A stretch of DNA of 64,000 nt from a virus (lineage: Duplodnaviria; Caudoviricetes). The stretch lies in the IMG/VR virus record IMGVR_UViG_3300021399_000113, positions 74,607-138,606 of that record, one strand, 5' to 3'. Positions 10,197 to 18,938 of this stretch are shown here, piece after piece (position 1 is the stretch's first letter; every line of letters begins with the position of its first letter). The notes under the pieces were generated by a model that saw only the letters and a list, made by a program, of their open reading frames with translations, did no database searches and was not told where the DNA came from. The position numbers and the translations under genes are program-made.

Positions 10197-10951
10197 TGAC
10201 AAGAGAAGAAGCAAAAGATTGGATTGATAAATTAATCAAAACAATGAAACAAGAAACAAGCGGAAAATTTCCCGAACCTCCATACAAAGATGAGGTATAC
10301 GAAGCCCTTAATATGTGTATAGAATTTCTCAAGACCAAGCCTTGTGAGGACATGGGTGAGGTGTCTGATGGTTATCATACTTTTAATCAATTATATCATC
10401 AGAGGGCAGTTTTATTTGCAACAATCGTAAATTTAAATAAAGATAAAGCATGGAAATCTTTTAAACATTCTGACGGAAAATATTGTTTTGACAGAAACGG
10501 TGAGTGGTTTATCGTAGGAGTAGATACACCGCAAGGAAGTTACACATATCATTATGATAAAAAATACTGGGATATGTTTGATTGCAAAGAACTGCAATGC
10601 GGTAAAGAATGGGACGGACATACAGAGGAAGATGTCACAAGACTTTTATCATTAGAGCAAGAGCCTTGTGAGGATTGTATAAGCCGACAGACGGCAATTG
10701 ATGCAATAATAAGCGTTGATAAGTATGACCTTATAGCTTCTCAAATCTTTTATAAACAAAAGCGTATAGAAAAGATAAAAAATCTCCCTTCCGTTTATCC
10801 GAAAGCAAAGACAGGAAAGTGGATATTAGTACACCCGTTACAAGACGATATTGAAGGGGGATATATGTGTTCGGAATGTGGGACAGGGTACTATGATAAC
10901 AGCCATTGGAACTATTGTCCCAACTGCGGAACAAGAATGAGTAGAGGATAA
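10193..10951 (+). CDS. WDGH-domain protein fused to a Zn-ribbon
   Basis: SDGYHTFNQLYHQR...WKS..HSDG...WDGHT; C-terminal CSEC...YCPNCG. Confidence 0.75.
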   Translation: MMTREEAKDWIDKLIKTMKQETSGKFPEPPYKDEVYEALNMCIEFLKTKPCEDMGEVSDGYHTFNQLYHQRAVLFATIVNLNKDKAWKSFKHSDGKYCFDRNGEWFIVGVDTPQGSYTYHYDKKYWDMFDCKELQCGKEWDGHTEEDVTRLLSLEQEPCEDCISRQTAIDAIISVDKYDLIASQIFYKQKRIEKIKNLPSVYPKAKTGKWILVHPLQDDIEGGYMCSECGTGYYDNSHWNYCPNCGTRMSRG

Positions 10952-10954
10952 AGA

Positions 10955-11230
10955 ATGACAAACGAAGAAATTATAGAACAGCTTGAGAATACTATTGGAC
11001 TTATCAAGCAAGATGGGAAAGATTGGTTGGACGATAGGGATATTCCAATTCTTGAAGCATGTATTAAGTCGCTAACAGCACTTGACAAGATAAGAGTCGA
11101 GATAGAGCAATTGCGAATACATAAGGCACAATTCCTTACAAGCGATAATAAGGTATGTATTGATAGTCAAGCGGTGCTTGAAATCATTGATAAGTACAGA
11201 GAGGAGCAGACAAATGCAGTTAGTGATTGA
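10955..11230 (+). CDS. Hypothetical protein
   Basis: MTNEE start typical of this gene class. Confidence 0.65.
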   Translation: MTNEEIIEQLENTIGLIKQDGKDWLDDRDIPILEACIKSLTALDKIRVEIEQLRIHKAQFLTSDNKVCIDSQAVLEIIDKYREEQTNAVSD

Positions 11231-11492
11231 TATAAAAGAGGCAACTTACGATGCGGTTTGCAAACGCAACATGTTACCACCTGATATTACGGATTTAATG
11301 GGAGCAACCAAGAACGGCGCATCACTTCCAAAAAGGCACGGAAGGTTGATTGATGCAGATGAATTGGAAGAATGTAAAGAAATAATGACTACTATCAGCG
11401 GTGAAAGCAAGTATGCTGTAAGAATGAATGATATTAGAAATATGTCAACAATCATACAAGCAGACAAGGCAGAAAGGGAGGAAAAGGAATGA
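11214..11492 (+). CDS. Hypothetical protein
   Basis: GAGGAG RBS; HGRLIDAD motif. Confidence 0.7.
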   Translation: MQLVIDIKEATYDAVCKRNMLPPDITDLMGATKNGASLPKRHGRLIDADELEECKEIMTTISGESKYAVRMNDIRNMSTIIQADKAEREEKE

Positions 11493-11671
11493 CAGTAGGA
11501 GAGCTAATTAACGAATTGCAGAAGTATCCAAAAGAAAGAAGAGTATTGCTGTATGCACATGGACGATGCTCAGTGAAAGAACAAGATGAAATTCTTGGAT
11601 GCTACGAAGAAGAAATTTATGACAAGGATGACAACGTAATCGAAGAAGTAGTGAGCTTATACGAGTATTAA
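11489..11671 (+). CDS. Hypothetical protein
   Basis: MTVGELINELQKYP motif. Confidence 0.7.
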   Translation: MTVGELINELQKYPKERRVLLYAHGRCSVKEQDEILGCYEEEIYDKDDNVIEEVVSLYEY

Positions 11672-11843
11672 AGAGTGGGATGAATAACAGAAAATGAGGG
11701 CAGTAGAAATGACAAATGAAGAGGAATTAACTGGTGACACTTGTGATGAACACATCAAGGAGGCTATACAAAGCCAGTTCAGAGGAATGTTGAACGCTTT
11801 TATAAAAGAATTTAAGCCTATGGGTGATAATGGGGGACAGTAA

Positions 11844-12209
11844 ATGGAAAACATCAGCAATGCAACCAATGGAGATATAATAAAACTATTATTTCCTAAA
11901 CTTGAATATGACCGTTCACTTCGACCTTTGGTGTGTGCCTTTATTCGTGAACTTATCACTTTTATGCAAAAGCCACCACGAATAAGTATGGAGCTTTCTT
12001 TGTGGAATGAACCATATAAGGGAGATATAGCAACATTAACTGAAAGGATAGCGGGTGCACTCACAAATGGCGATGTAATAACAGAGGCATTTTCTGAATA
12101 TACATTCCAAAATAGAAGTGATTTGCCTATGGCACACATGGTTGGTAGTACGATACCTTTGTTTGCTGTAGCAAAAGATTGGTGGAATGAACCCTATAGG
12201 GAGGATTAA
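11844..12209 (+). CDS. Hypothetical protein with internal duplication
   Basis: TNGD.I...F...WNEPY unit present twice. Confidence 0.7.
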   Translation: MENISNATNGDIIKLLFPKLEYDRSLRPLVCAFIRELITFMQKPPRISMELSLWNEPYKGDIATLTERIAGALTNGDVITEAFSEYTFQNRSDLPMAHMVGSTIPLFAVAKDWWNEPYRED

Positions 12210-12212
12210 GTA

Positions 12213-12410
12213 ATGATGAATAAAAAGGATTTAATCATTTGGCTTTACGAACAGAAAGATAACATAGATTATAAACTTCATGTAGAAGGTGCAGAGGGTG
12301 CTTATAGAGAACAGCTGTGGGCACAAGTTAACTTACTTGACACCATCATTGCCAAAGTAAAGAAGGAGTTAGCAGAAAGTATTCAGAGATTTTGTGAAAC
12401 AGATGATTGA
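12213..12410 (+). CDS. Hypothetical protein (probably extends to 12453 if the T4 run at 12390 is T3)
   Basis: Shifted frame gives FVKQMIDSITKELESLGVIG*, similar to the C-terminus of 13997-14251. Confidence 0.55.
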   Translation: MMNKKDLIIWLYEQKDNIDYKLHVEGAEGAYREQLWAQVNLLDTIIAKVKKELAESIQRFCETDD

Positions 12411-12448
12411 TTCCATTACAAAAGAACTTGAATCTCTTGGGGTAATTG

Positions 12449-12499
12449 GTTAACCTACTATAGCCTAATGTTAACGCTATGGTAGGTTAACATTTTTTT
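12449..12499 (+). terminator. Intrinsic terminator
   Basis: GTTAACCTACTATAGC...GCTATGGTAGGTTAAC stem followed by T7. Confidence 0.75.
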
Positions 12500-12515
12500 A
12501 TCATTAAATAAAGTA

Positions 12516-12544
12516 TTGACAGATTTAATTTTATATGATATAAT
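12516..12544 (+). promoter_or_regulatory. sigmaA/70-type early promoter
   Basis: TTGACA-17-TATAAT with TG extension. Confidence 0.85.
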
Positions 12545-12589
12545 CACCAATGTGAGAAACAGATTAGCACAATCAAGCGAGGTAGAAGG

Positions 12590-12847
12590 ATGAAATTGAG
12601 AATATACTTTCATATACTCGGAACAGAACCTTATCACAGAGAAGTATCGTCTGCAGAAGAGGCAAAAATTATGATTGATGCCATTGCAGACTTTGTGAAT
12701 ACAAAGGTTGATGAAGGAGTATTCCCCGACCATTGCAGTACCGCTGGGCTTGAAGAATACGATGAAGAAGAACACGATTGGGTAACTTGGTACGATGAAA
12801 ACGGATTAGATTTAAATGAACACTTTAACACAGAATGGAGAGAGTAA
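12590..12847 (+). CDS. Acidic hypothetical protein
   Basis: GLEEYDEEEHDWVTWYDENG C-terminus. Confidence 0.7.
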   Translation: MKLRIYFHILGTEPYHREVSSAEEAKIMIDAIADFVNTKVDEGVFPDHCSTAGLEEYDEEEHDWVTWYDENGLDLNEHFNTEWRE

Positions 12848-12849
12848 TC

Positions 12850-13041
12850 ATGGTTTGGATTGAGATAGTGTGTGATGGTTGTAGTCATTCTCCTTGTGGA
12901 GAATCTTATAGAAAAGGTTCATTGAAAAGAATCAAAGCAGAGGCAAAGGAGTATGGTTGGAAAACCATCAAGGGAAAAATATATTGTCCCAAATGTCAAA
13001 AAATTTTAAAAGCAATGGCAAAAGTGAGAAAGACGATGTAG
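12850..13041 (+). CDS. Zn-finger protein
   Basis: CDGC...GW...YCPKC. Confidence 0.7.
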   Translation: MVWIEIVCDGCSHSPCGESYRKGSLKRIKAEAKEYGWKTIKGKIYCPKCQKILKAMAKVRKTM

Positions 13042-13057
13042 AAAATGAGGAAGAAGA

Positions 13058-13243
13058 ATGATTTGTGAAAACTGTAAGAACAATACTGAATGTGACTATT
13101 ATTTCCGCAACATCGAACCTGTTCTGCATACAGAACAAGGTATGTTTGTGAATGACAGTTATCTATTTGCATTGTTTAAATGCTTGGACGGTTTTACTTG
13201 CAACTATTATGAACATCAATCAGAAAGTGGGGAAGAAAGATGA
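13058..13243 (+). CDS. Cys-containing hypothetical protein
   Basis: CENC...C...C. Confidence 0.6.
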   Translation: MICENCKNNTECDYYFRNIEPVLHTEQGMFVNDSYLFALFKCLDGFTCNYYEHQSESGEER

Positions 13244-13701
13244 TTAAAACAAGATTAACAGTAGATGTAAATGCAGAGGATTTTGACAAAGAGTTACAGA
13301 AATACCTACAGGAAAAAAAGGAGAAAATTAAGATGACTGAACAATTCTTAATTGATAATAATTACAAAATTCAAAATGCTAAAATCACTTCTGTAGATTT
13401 ATCTATGAAAGACCATGGCTGTCTTACTCTTAAACTTGTACTTGAAGGTAGCGGGTGGGGATGTGTTTTTGGAAATGTCTCTCTGGGCAATGGATTTCTT
13501 GGAGCAAAAACGTTCAAGGGCTGGGAGCACTGCGGTGATTATCTGATGATGCTTATGGACACTGTTGGGGTTGATACCTTTAATGATATGACGGGCAAAT
13601 ATGTTCGTGTAGCCTTTGATGATGAGGATAGAGCGAAAATAATCGGAAATCTAATTGAAGATAAGTGGTTTACAGCGAAGATGCTTGGAGATGAGGTGTA
13701 A
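13240..13701 (+). CDS. Hypothetical phage protein
   Basis: NAKITS...DHG.L....GWG..FG motif. Confidence 0.7.
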   Translation: MIKTRLTVDVNAEDFDKELQKYLQEKKEKIKMTEQFLIDNNYKIQNAKITSVDLSMKDHGCLTLKLVLEGSGWGCVFGNVSLGNGFLGAKTFKGWEHCGDYLMMLMDTVGVDTFNDMTGKYVRVAFDDEDRAKIIGNLIEDKWFTAKMLGDEV

Positions 13702-13704
13702 ATT

Positions 13705-14016
13705 ATGTTAATAAATGGTTCGGATGCGTATTTCTTTTCTCAGAATCAGCTGGGAACATTGTGGAAAAAGATTGATACTGAGGTTAACTCAGCAATATAC
13801 AGAGATGAACTGGCGGTGAAGATTTCTATCCCTAAAAAACTGTCGTTATCAGAAGAATATCGGTTAAAAGATATTCTTACCAAGAACCTTCACTATACCG
13901 TCCACATAGAACAGTCTGAAGTAACTGATATTTATATAACATGGAATGCATTTTTATTTGACGATTGGTGGGAAGATGTAAAGAAGAGGTATAAAGATGA
14001 CACTAAAGACAATTGA
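13705..14016 (+). CDS. Hypothetical protein
   Basis: GAGGTG RBS. Confidence 0.6.
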   Translation: MLINGSDAYFFSQNQLGTLWKKIDTEVNSAIYRDELAVKISIPKKLSLSEEYRLKDILTKNLHYTVHIEQSEVTDIYITWNAFLFDDWWEDVKKRYKDDTKDN

Positions 14017-14251
14017 GAAAATCAATGAGCTTGTTAGAGAGCGTAAGGGTTTAGAAGAATTCTTGTGCCTTGGAGAGCATAGCTTATGGGTGCAAATTAA
14101 ATACACAGTGAAAGATATAGACCTTTGCCACTACTTCGACAACACCATAGACTTATCAAAAAGTGGAAAACAGAGCCTCATTCAGTTTATTAAAACTCGT
14201 ATTGAAGAGATTGATAATGAACTAACAGAGTTAGGTGTGGAAGAGGGATAA
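13997..14251 (+). CDS. Hypothetical protein
   Basis: GAGGT RBS; ELTELGVE C-terminus. Confidence 0.65.
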   Translation: MTLKTIEKINELVRERKGLEEFLCLGEHSLWVQIKYTVKDIDLCHYFDNTIDLSKSGKQSLIQFIKTRIEEIDNELTELGVEEG

Positions 14252-14268
14252 AAGATAATAATAAACTA

Positions 14269-14297
14269 TTGACAAATTCTTTTTTCTATGCTATAAT
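14269..14297 (+). promoter_or_regulatory. sigmaA/70-type early promoter
   Basis: TTGACA-17-TATAAT with TG extension. Confidence 0.85.
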
Positions 14298-14344
14298 GCT
14301 CTTGTAAGGTTAAACAAATCAAACAAATTTTGGAGGTAATGATT

Positions 14345-15283
14345 ATGAGTGCCGAAGTCGAGAATATGTTTTACGTAGGAAGAGAAACCCCTTGGCATGG
14401 ACTTGGAATCAGTGTAGAGAGTGCCCCTATTTCAGAGGACGCTATCGTAATGGCAGGTCTTGACTGGGAAGTAACAAAGGAAAAGGTGTTCACCGAGGGT
14501 GGCAAATTAATCCCTAACTTCTATGCTACTACTCGTAGTACAGATGGTAACGTGTATGGAATGGTTACCAACAAGTACAAGGTAATTCAGAACAGAGAAG
14601 CATTTGGTTTCATGGACAACCTCATTGGTGAAGGTGTTAAGTATGAAACCGCTGGTAGCCTTTTTGAAGGCAAGAAGATTTGGTTGCTTGCAAAGATGCC
14701 CGAGAGACAGATTCTTGGTGACAAGTTTGAAACATACTGTGTGCTTACCAACTCCCATGATGGAAAGAATGCAGTACAGGTGGCTATGACCCCCGTGCGT
14801 GTGGTCTGCAACAACACACTCAATCTTGCACTTGGCAGAGCAAAGAGAATCTGGTCTACCAGACACTGTGGGTCAATTGAGGGTAAGCTTGCAGATGCAA
14901 AGGAAACCCTTGGATTCGCAGAGCAGTATATGAATGAACTCAACACTGAGGCTGAAAAGATGGCAACAACCACTCTTAATGCTGTTCAGTTGGGCAAGGT
15001 TGTTGCAAATGTATTCCCTATTGCTGAGGCAATGAGCAACAGACAGAAGACAAATGCAGAGGATGCACGTAACACCTTTATGAACTACTACAACAGAGAT
15101 GATGTTCAGCCTTTCAAGAACACTCTCTATGGTGCTATCCTTGCTATCACAGACTATGTTGACCACGCAACTCCTGCACGTGTTACCACTGACTACAATG
15201 CAAATCGCTTTAACAAGATTATCACAGGACATGCGCTTATGGATAACTTCGTTAAGGTTGCCAAGAGTGTAGCAGTAGCTTAA
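14345..15283 (+). CDS. DUF932 (phage/plasmid TIGR03299-like) protein
   Basis: MSAEVENMFYV..TPWHGLG, YKVIQNREAF, ETAGSL, NSHDG, TPVRVVCNNTL, RH.G. Confidence 0.9.
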   Translation: MSAEVENMFYVGRETPWHGLGISVESAPISEDAIVMAGLDWEVTKEKVFTEGGKLIPNFYATTRSTDGNVYGMVTNKYKVIQNREAFGFMDNLIGEGVKYETAGSLFEGKKIWLLAKMPERQILGDKFETYCVLTNSHDGKNAVQVAMTPVRVVCNNTLNLALGRAKRIWSTRHCGSIEGKLADAKETLGFAEQYMNELNTEAEKMATTTLNAVQLGKVVANVFPIAEAMSNRQKTNAEDARNTFMNYYNRDDVQPFKNTLYGAILAITDYVDHATPARVTTDYNANRFNKIITGHALMDNFVKVAKSVAVA

Positions 15284-15294
15284 TCAAAGGAAAA

Positions 15295-15321
15295 CACAGA
15301 GGGGACAAGTTTCCCCTCTGT
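15295..15321 (+). terminator. Hairpin after DUF932 gene
   Basis: CACAGAGGGGA-CAAGTT-TCCCCTCTGTG; no T-tract. Confidence 0.55.
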
Positions 15322-15343
15322 GAATATAGAAAGGACAACATAT

Positions 15344-15649
15344 ATGTTGAAAGACGTTTTTGGTATTCTTAAAAGGTTGCGCAAAGACAACACGGACGTT
15401 TCAGAAGAAGCTGTTAAGGAAGTTACAGAGGAAATTAGCGGTTTCGGAATTGGAATGATTCTCGTATTACTAATCATTTTACTTGGATTGATTGCAGTAG
15501 TATCATTGGGATATGGACTCATGATGTATGGGTTTATATGTCTGCTTGGAACAGTAACAAATGTATCGGTGACATTTCTGCCGTGCTTTATATCTGGGCT
15601 ACTGCTTACCATAGGTCAAGTGATTGTATCGTCCAAATCAAACGAGTAA
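15344..15649 (+). CDS. Membrane protein
   Basis: Long hydrophobic segments. Confidence 0.65.
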   Translation: MLKDVFGILKRLRKDNTDVSEEAVKEVTEEISGFGIGMILVLLIILLGLIAVVSLGYGLMMYGFICLLGTVTNVSVTFLPCFISGLLLTIGQVIVSSKSNE

Positions 15650-15663
15650 ATGCGGAGGCTAAT

Positions 15664-15822
15664 ATGTTCATCATTAAAATGTACAAGTACAAGGAACTAA
15701 TCAAAACACTCAAAGACAAATTTGATACTTATGAAGATGCGAAAAATTTCATCTATGAGTCAGAAGATATTCAAGACAAATTAGATGCTAATTATGAATT
15801 TAAAATTGCGGAGGAAAATTAA
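15664..15822 (+). CDS. Hypothetical protein
   Basis: GGAGG RBS before MFIIK. Confidence 0.6.
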   Translation: MFIIKMYKYKELIKTLKDKFDTYEDAKNFIYESEDIQDKLDANYEFKIAEEN

Positions 15823-15823
15823 C

Positions 15824-16315
15824 ATGCAGATTACTAATGAGATGAGAGAAGCGGTAAAGAACGCAGAAATCAAACTTCAGATTATTGAGGATATTGTAAA
15901 CTCACGAGGTTATGAGAACACAATCCTTGCCCACAAGAATGTGGTGGACTATAAGGATATTTCAAAGGTAGATGAAAATCTTGGTCTACTTCTTGAAAGC
16001 GAAGCACTTAAAGCACAGGCAGAAGAGGCTGGAAAACTTGAACCCACAGACATTGAGAAGGTACTTTTCAAAGAGCCTTACACAATTGTTTATTGGGCTG
16101 ATGGCACAAAGACAAAGGTTAAGTGCAGTGATGCTGATAAATACAGCAAGGATGCTGGACTTGCCTTCTGTATTGCAAAGAAGATTTGTGGTAGCAAGCG
16201 TAAGTTTGACGCACTTTTTGAGGCTATCACTGGAGAGCCAAAAGGCACTCTTGTACAGCCTACTGAGAAGTTTTACTGTTCAAACGGAACTTGTACAGTA
16301 GCAGAAGAAAAGTAA
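15824..16315 (+). CDS. Conserved phage hypothetical protein
   Basis: IEKVLF..PYTIVYWADGTKT.VKC...K..GLA.CIAKK motif. Confidence 0.75.
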   Translation: MQITNEMREAVKNAEIKLQIIEDIVNSRGYENTILAHKNVVDYKDISKVDENLGLLLESEALKAQAEEAGKLEPTDIEKVLFKEPYTIVYWADGTKTKVKCSDADKYSKDAGLAFCIAKKICGSKRKFDALFEAITGEPKGTLVQPTEKFYCSNGTCTVAEEK

Positions 16316-16316
16316 A

Positions 16317-16323
16317 TTGTATA
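16317..16323 (+). promoter_or_regulatory. Candidate late-promoter motif TTGTATA
   Basis: The same motif precedes most virion-gene units. Confidence 0.5.
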
Positions 16324-16334
16324 TCAATAGTGAG

Positions 16335-16374
16335 TACCGATACAACTTAATATTAAGTTGTATCGGTATTTTTC
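16335..16374 (+). terminator. Perfect 34-bp palindrome plus T-tract
   Basis: TACCGATACAACTTAAT|ATTAAGTTGTATCGGTA followed by TTTTT. Confidence 0.7.
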
Positions 16375-16419
16375 ACTGAAAATATCAATTTCACTAACTG
16401 AATGAAAGAGTGAGTAACG

Positions 16420-16965
16420 ATGAAATTTAGACTAAAAGAATCCAAGCCCTCCAACATTATAAAACTTGCTGGCTTAAATGGTAACGCTTACAGTACATCA
16501 AAATATTTATATAAACAGATTGTGAGGGAGAATACAAAGTATAATTACGAGGGAGTAACACTCTCTGAAGGGATTGATTATACATTTGACCCTAAGAATT
16601 TGGGTGGTACAATTGTATTCTCTACCGATGTAAACGCAGTTGAAGCCTCAAAAAATAAAATTATAAATTGGGTAAAGCAAAAAATTGCCACTCTCAATAA
16701 CAGACTTCATGCTGTAAATAGAATAGATAAAATTGCACAGAAGCATGACCTTGCTGGCTGGACAGTAGGCAAGGGATTATCTGTTAGGTATACAGCAAAA
16801 AATGGTAAGGTGTTCGGAGAAAATAGTATATCTGTGGATATTGTTGGTATTTCCACTGACACCCTTTTAGAGATTGCAACAGAATTATGTAATTTATTTA
16901 ACCAAGAGGCAGTTCTTGTTAAAGACTACACAACCAAAGATATTTATCTTGTAAATGGAAAATAA
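16420..16965 (+). CDS. Putative SAM-lyase-fold protein with MKFRLKE leader
   Basis: RY...GENS.SV...LLEIATELC..FNQEAVLV resembles the C-terminal SAM lyase pattern. Confidence 0.5.
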   Translation: MKFRLKESKPSNIIKLAGLNGNAYSTSKYLYKQIVRENTKYNYEGVTLSEGIDYTFDPKNLGGTIVFSTDVNAVEASKNKIINWVKQKIATLNNRLHAVNRIDKIAQKHDLAGWTVGKGLSVRYTAKNGKVFGENSISVDIVGISTDTLLEIATELCNLFNQEAVLVKDYTTKDIYLVNGK

Positions 16966-16974
16966 GGAGGACAT

Positions 16975-18339
16975 ATGAATAATCTAATGTTAGAAAATGC
17001 AAACAGATTAGACGAGATTTATAGCACCTATGGCAGACACTATATTCCTCTCACAGAGGCTAATCTTAATCGCATTATTAAGGGACATGATTCTACTGGG
17101 TATGGTGTGTTAAGTGCCTCACGTGCTAACCTCTCAAAAGAAGAAAACGATAAACGCACAAAAGAACTTAAATCAAAAATAAATTCTTTGGGCTACTCTC
17201 ACGTTCCTGTGCTGGGTGGGTATAGAGAAGAGGGAGAGCCTAAAGCAAGTCTGGAAAAGTCCCTTATTGTTTATCCTTATAATTTACGCACAAAGGAATA
17301 TGCAGACCTCAATAAGTTTAAGGATGACCTTGTTGAGTTGGGCAAACATTACAATCAAGACACAGTAATGATTAAAGAACCCGACAAGAACCCTACTTAT
17401 ATTCGCTGTGCAGATAGACAAGCCGATATGGAATTTGATGATGGCTACACTACAAATGATACAGAAGAACCATTCTTTACAGCGCTTAAAAAGTGGAGTG
17501 ATTCTTCTCTTAATCGTAAAAGCCATAATTGGGATAAGGGCAAGCCTCAGAGATTTACACTTAAATCAAATGCTGTTTTTGAGGCATATATTGACCAACA
17601 ACCTATGAGTATTACATCAGAAGTACCTCCAAGATATGCTCTTGGTGAACTTTTTAAGGTTGGATTTACTGGGGAACTGACTGACACATTAAATGAGTCC
17701 AATAATTTCAGAAGAGTTAAACAAGCATTGTGGGGTGACCCTACTGGAAAGATTAGAACCTTTGCTATATTAACTGGTGAAAATCCTCTGGCTTGGGGAA
17801 ATGCTACAGATGATGAAGTTCTCGACCGATACAAAAAATGGCTTAATAATCCAAAAGAATACAATGATAAGATTACTAAGGGACTAAAGGCAGAACTTGT
17901 ACAGAAGTCATTAGAGCAGAATAAAGATAAAGCTTTAAGATATGGTGGGTTTAACTATGCTAAGATTAAAGGAAAGTATGGAGACATCGAGCACTCATTG
18001 ATGATTTTCAATATATCAAAAGAGGATGCTGAACACTTAGCAAGAGCCTATGGGCAAGAGAGTTTCTTTTTTGGTAAGGTATATCCATCATACACACATG
18101 TGGCTTATTACAAAACAACAAATGCTTGTGCAACATATAAATTGATAGAAATATCTGATGTTACAACTAAAGAAGATGGGGATGATTTCTTTAGTAAGTA
18201 TGGTTTTAAGTACAAGATTAACATGAGGGAATTTGGTGATGATGTAATCCCAGTAAAGAATGAGAATGAATTTCAAGAGAGTCTTACTGCACCAATGTTT
18301 CAAAGTAGAGCATCACATCGTAGAGAAGCATACAGATAA
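16975..18339 (+). CDS. Tandem two-domain SAM-lyase-like protein (T3 gp0.3 SAMase/Svi3-3-like)
   Basis: Domain 1: VLSASRANL..EN..R...GGYRE...EKS...LG..YNQDTV. Domain 2: FAILTGENP...GKY...EHS...LARAYGQES. Each starts after an LxE site. Confidence 0.65.
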   Translation: MNNLMLENANRLDEIYSTYGRHYIPLTEANLNRIIKGHDSTGYGVLSASRANLSKEENDKRTKELKSKINSLGYSHVPVLGGYREEGEPKASLEKSLIVYPYNLRTKEYADLNKFKDDLVELGKHYNQDTVMIKEPDKNPTYIRCADRQADMEFDDGYTTNDTEEPFFTALKKWSDSSLNRKSHNWDKGKPQRFTLKSNAVFEAYIDQQPMSITSEVPPRYALGELFKVGFTGELTDTLNESNNFRRVKQALWGDPTGKIRTFAILTGENPLAWGNATDDEVLDRYKKWLNNPKEYNDKITKGLKAELVQKSLEQNKDKALRYGGFNYAKIKGKYGDIEHSLMIFNISKEDAEHLARAYGQESFFFGKVYPSYTHVAYYKTTNACATYKLIEISDVTTKEDGDDFFSKYGFKYKINMREFGDDVIPVKNENEFQESLTAPMFQSRASHRREAYR

Positions 18340-18359
18340 TCGCATAGGAGCATAATTTA

Positions 18360-18935
18360 ATGATTATTTTAACTGGAAAGACTGCTACTGGAAAAGATAC
18401 AATTAAAAGAGAGTTGCTGAAAATCCCAGCACTCTCTCCTATTGTTACATACACAACACGCAAAAAGAGAAATAATGAAAAAGATGGGGTGGACTACCAT
18501 TTTGTATCTATTGACAAATATATGTCAATGAGAGATAATGGTGAATTAATTGCTTGTAATTGCTTTACTAAATCTAATGAGGGTGACGTTTGGTATGGAG
18601 TTGCCAAAAAGGATTTGATTAATGCAGATACAGATAATAAGGTAATCATTTTGGATGCACATGGGGTAAAGGATTTTCAGAAGATTAAAGATGAGGTAGG
18701 ATTTTCTGATATATTCTTAATTGACACTGTTCCAGAAGAACAGTGGGAAAGACTTATTTCACGTGGAAATGACACAGTAGAAGAGTGTCAGCGCAGAGTG
18801 CTGGCTGATAATACTGATTTTGCAGATATTCAGTACAATCATTTAATTGTTAACAGAAATGTATCTGATATTAAACAGATTGCATACACAATTTATACTT
18901 ACTATTTAATTGATAAAGGGTTTACAATGAGGTAG
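18360..18935 (+). CDS. gmk: Guanylate kinase-like nucleotide kinase
   Basis: GKTATGKDT P-loop; YTTR..R.NE.DGVDYHFV; WYG. Confidence 0.85.
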   Translation: MIILTGKTATGKDTIKRELLKIPALSPIVTYTTRKKRNNEKDGVDYHFVSIDKYMSMRDNGELIACNCFTKSNEGDVWYGVAKKDLINADTDNKVIILDAHGVKDFQKIKDEVGFSDIFLIDTVPEEQWERLISRGNDTVEECQRRVLADNTDFADIQYNHLIVNRNVSDIKQIAYTIYTYYLIDKGFTMR

Positions 18936-18938
18936 ATA

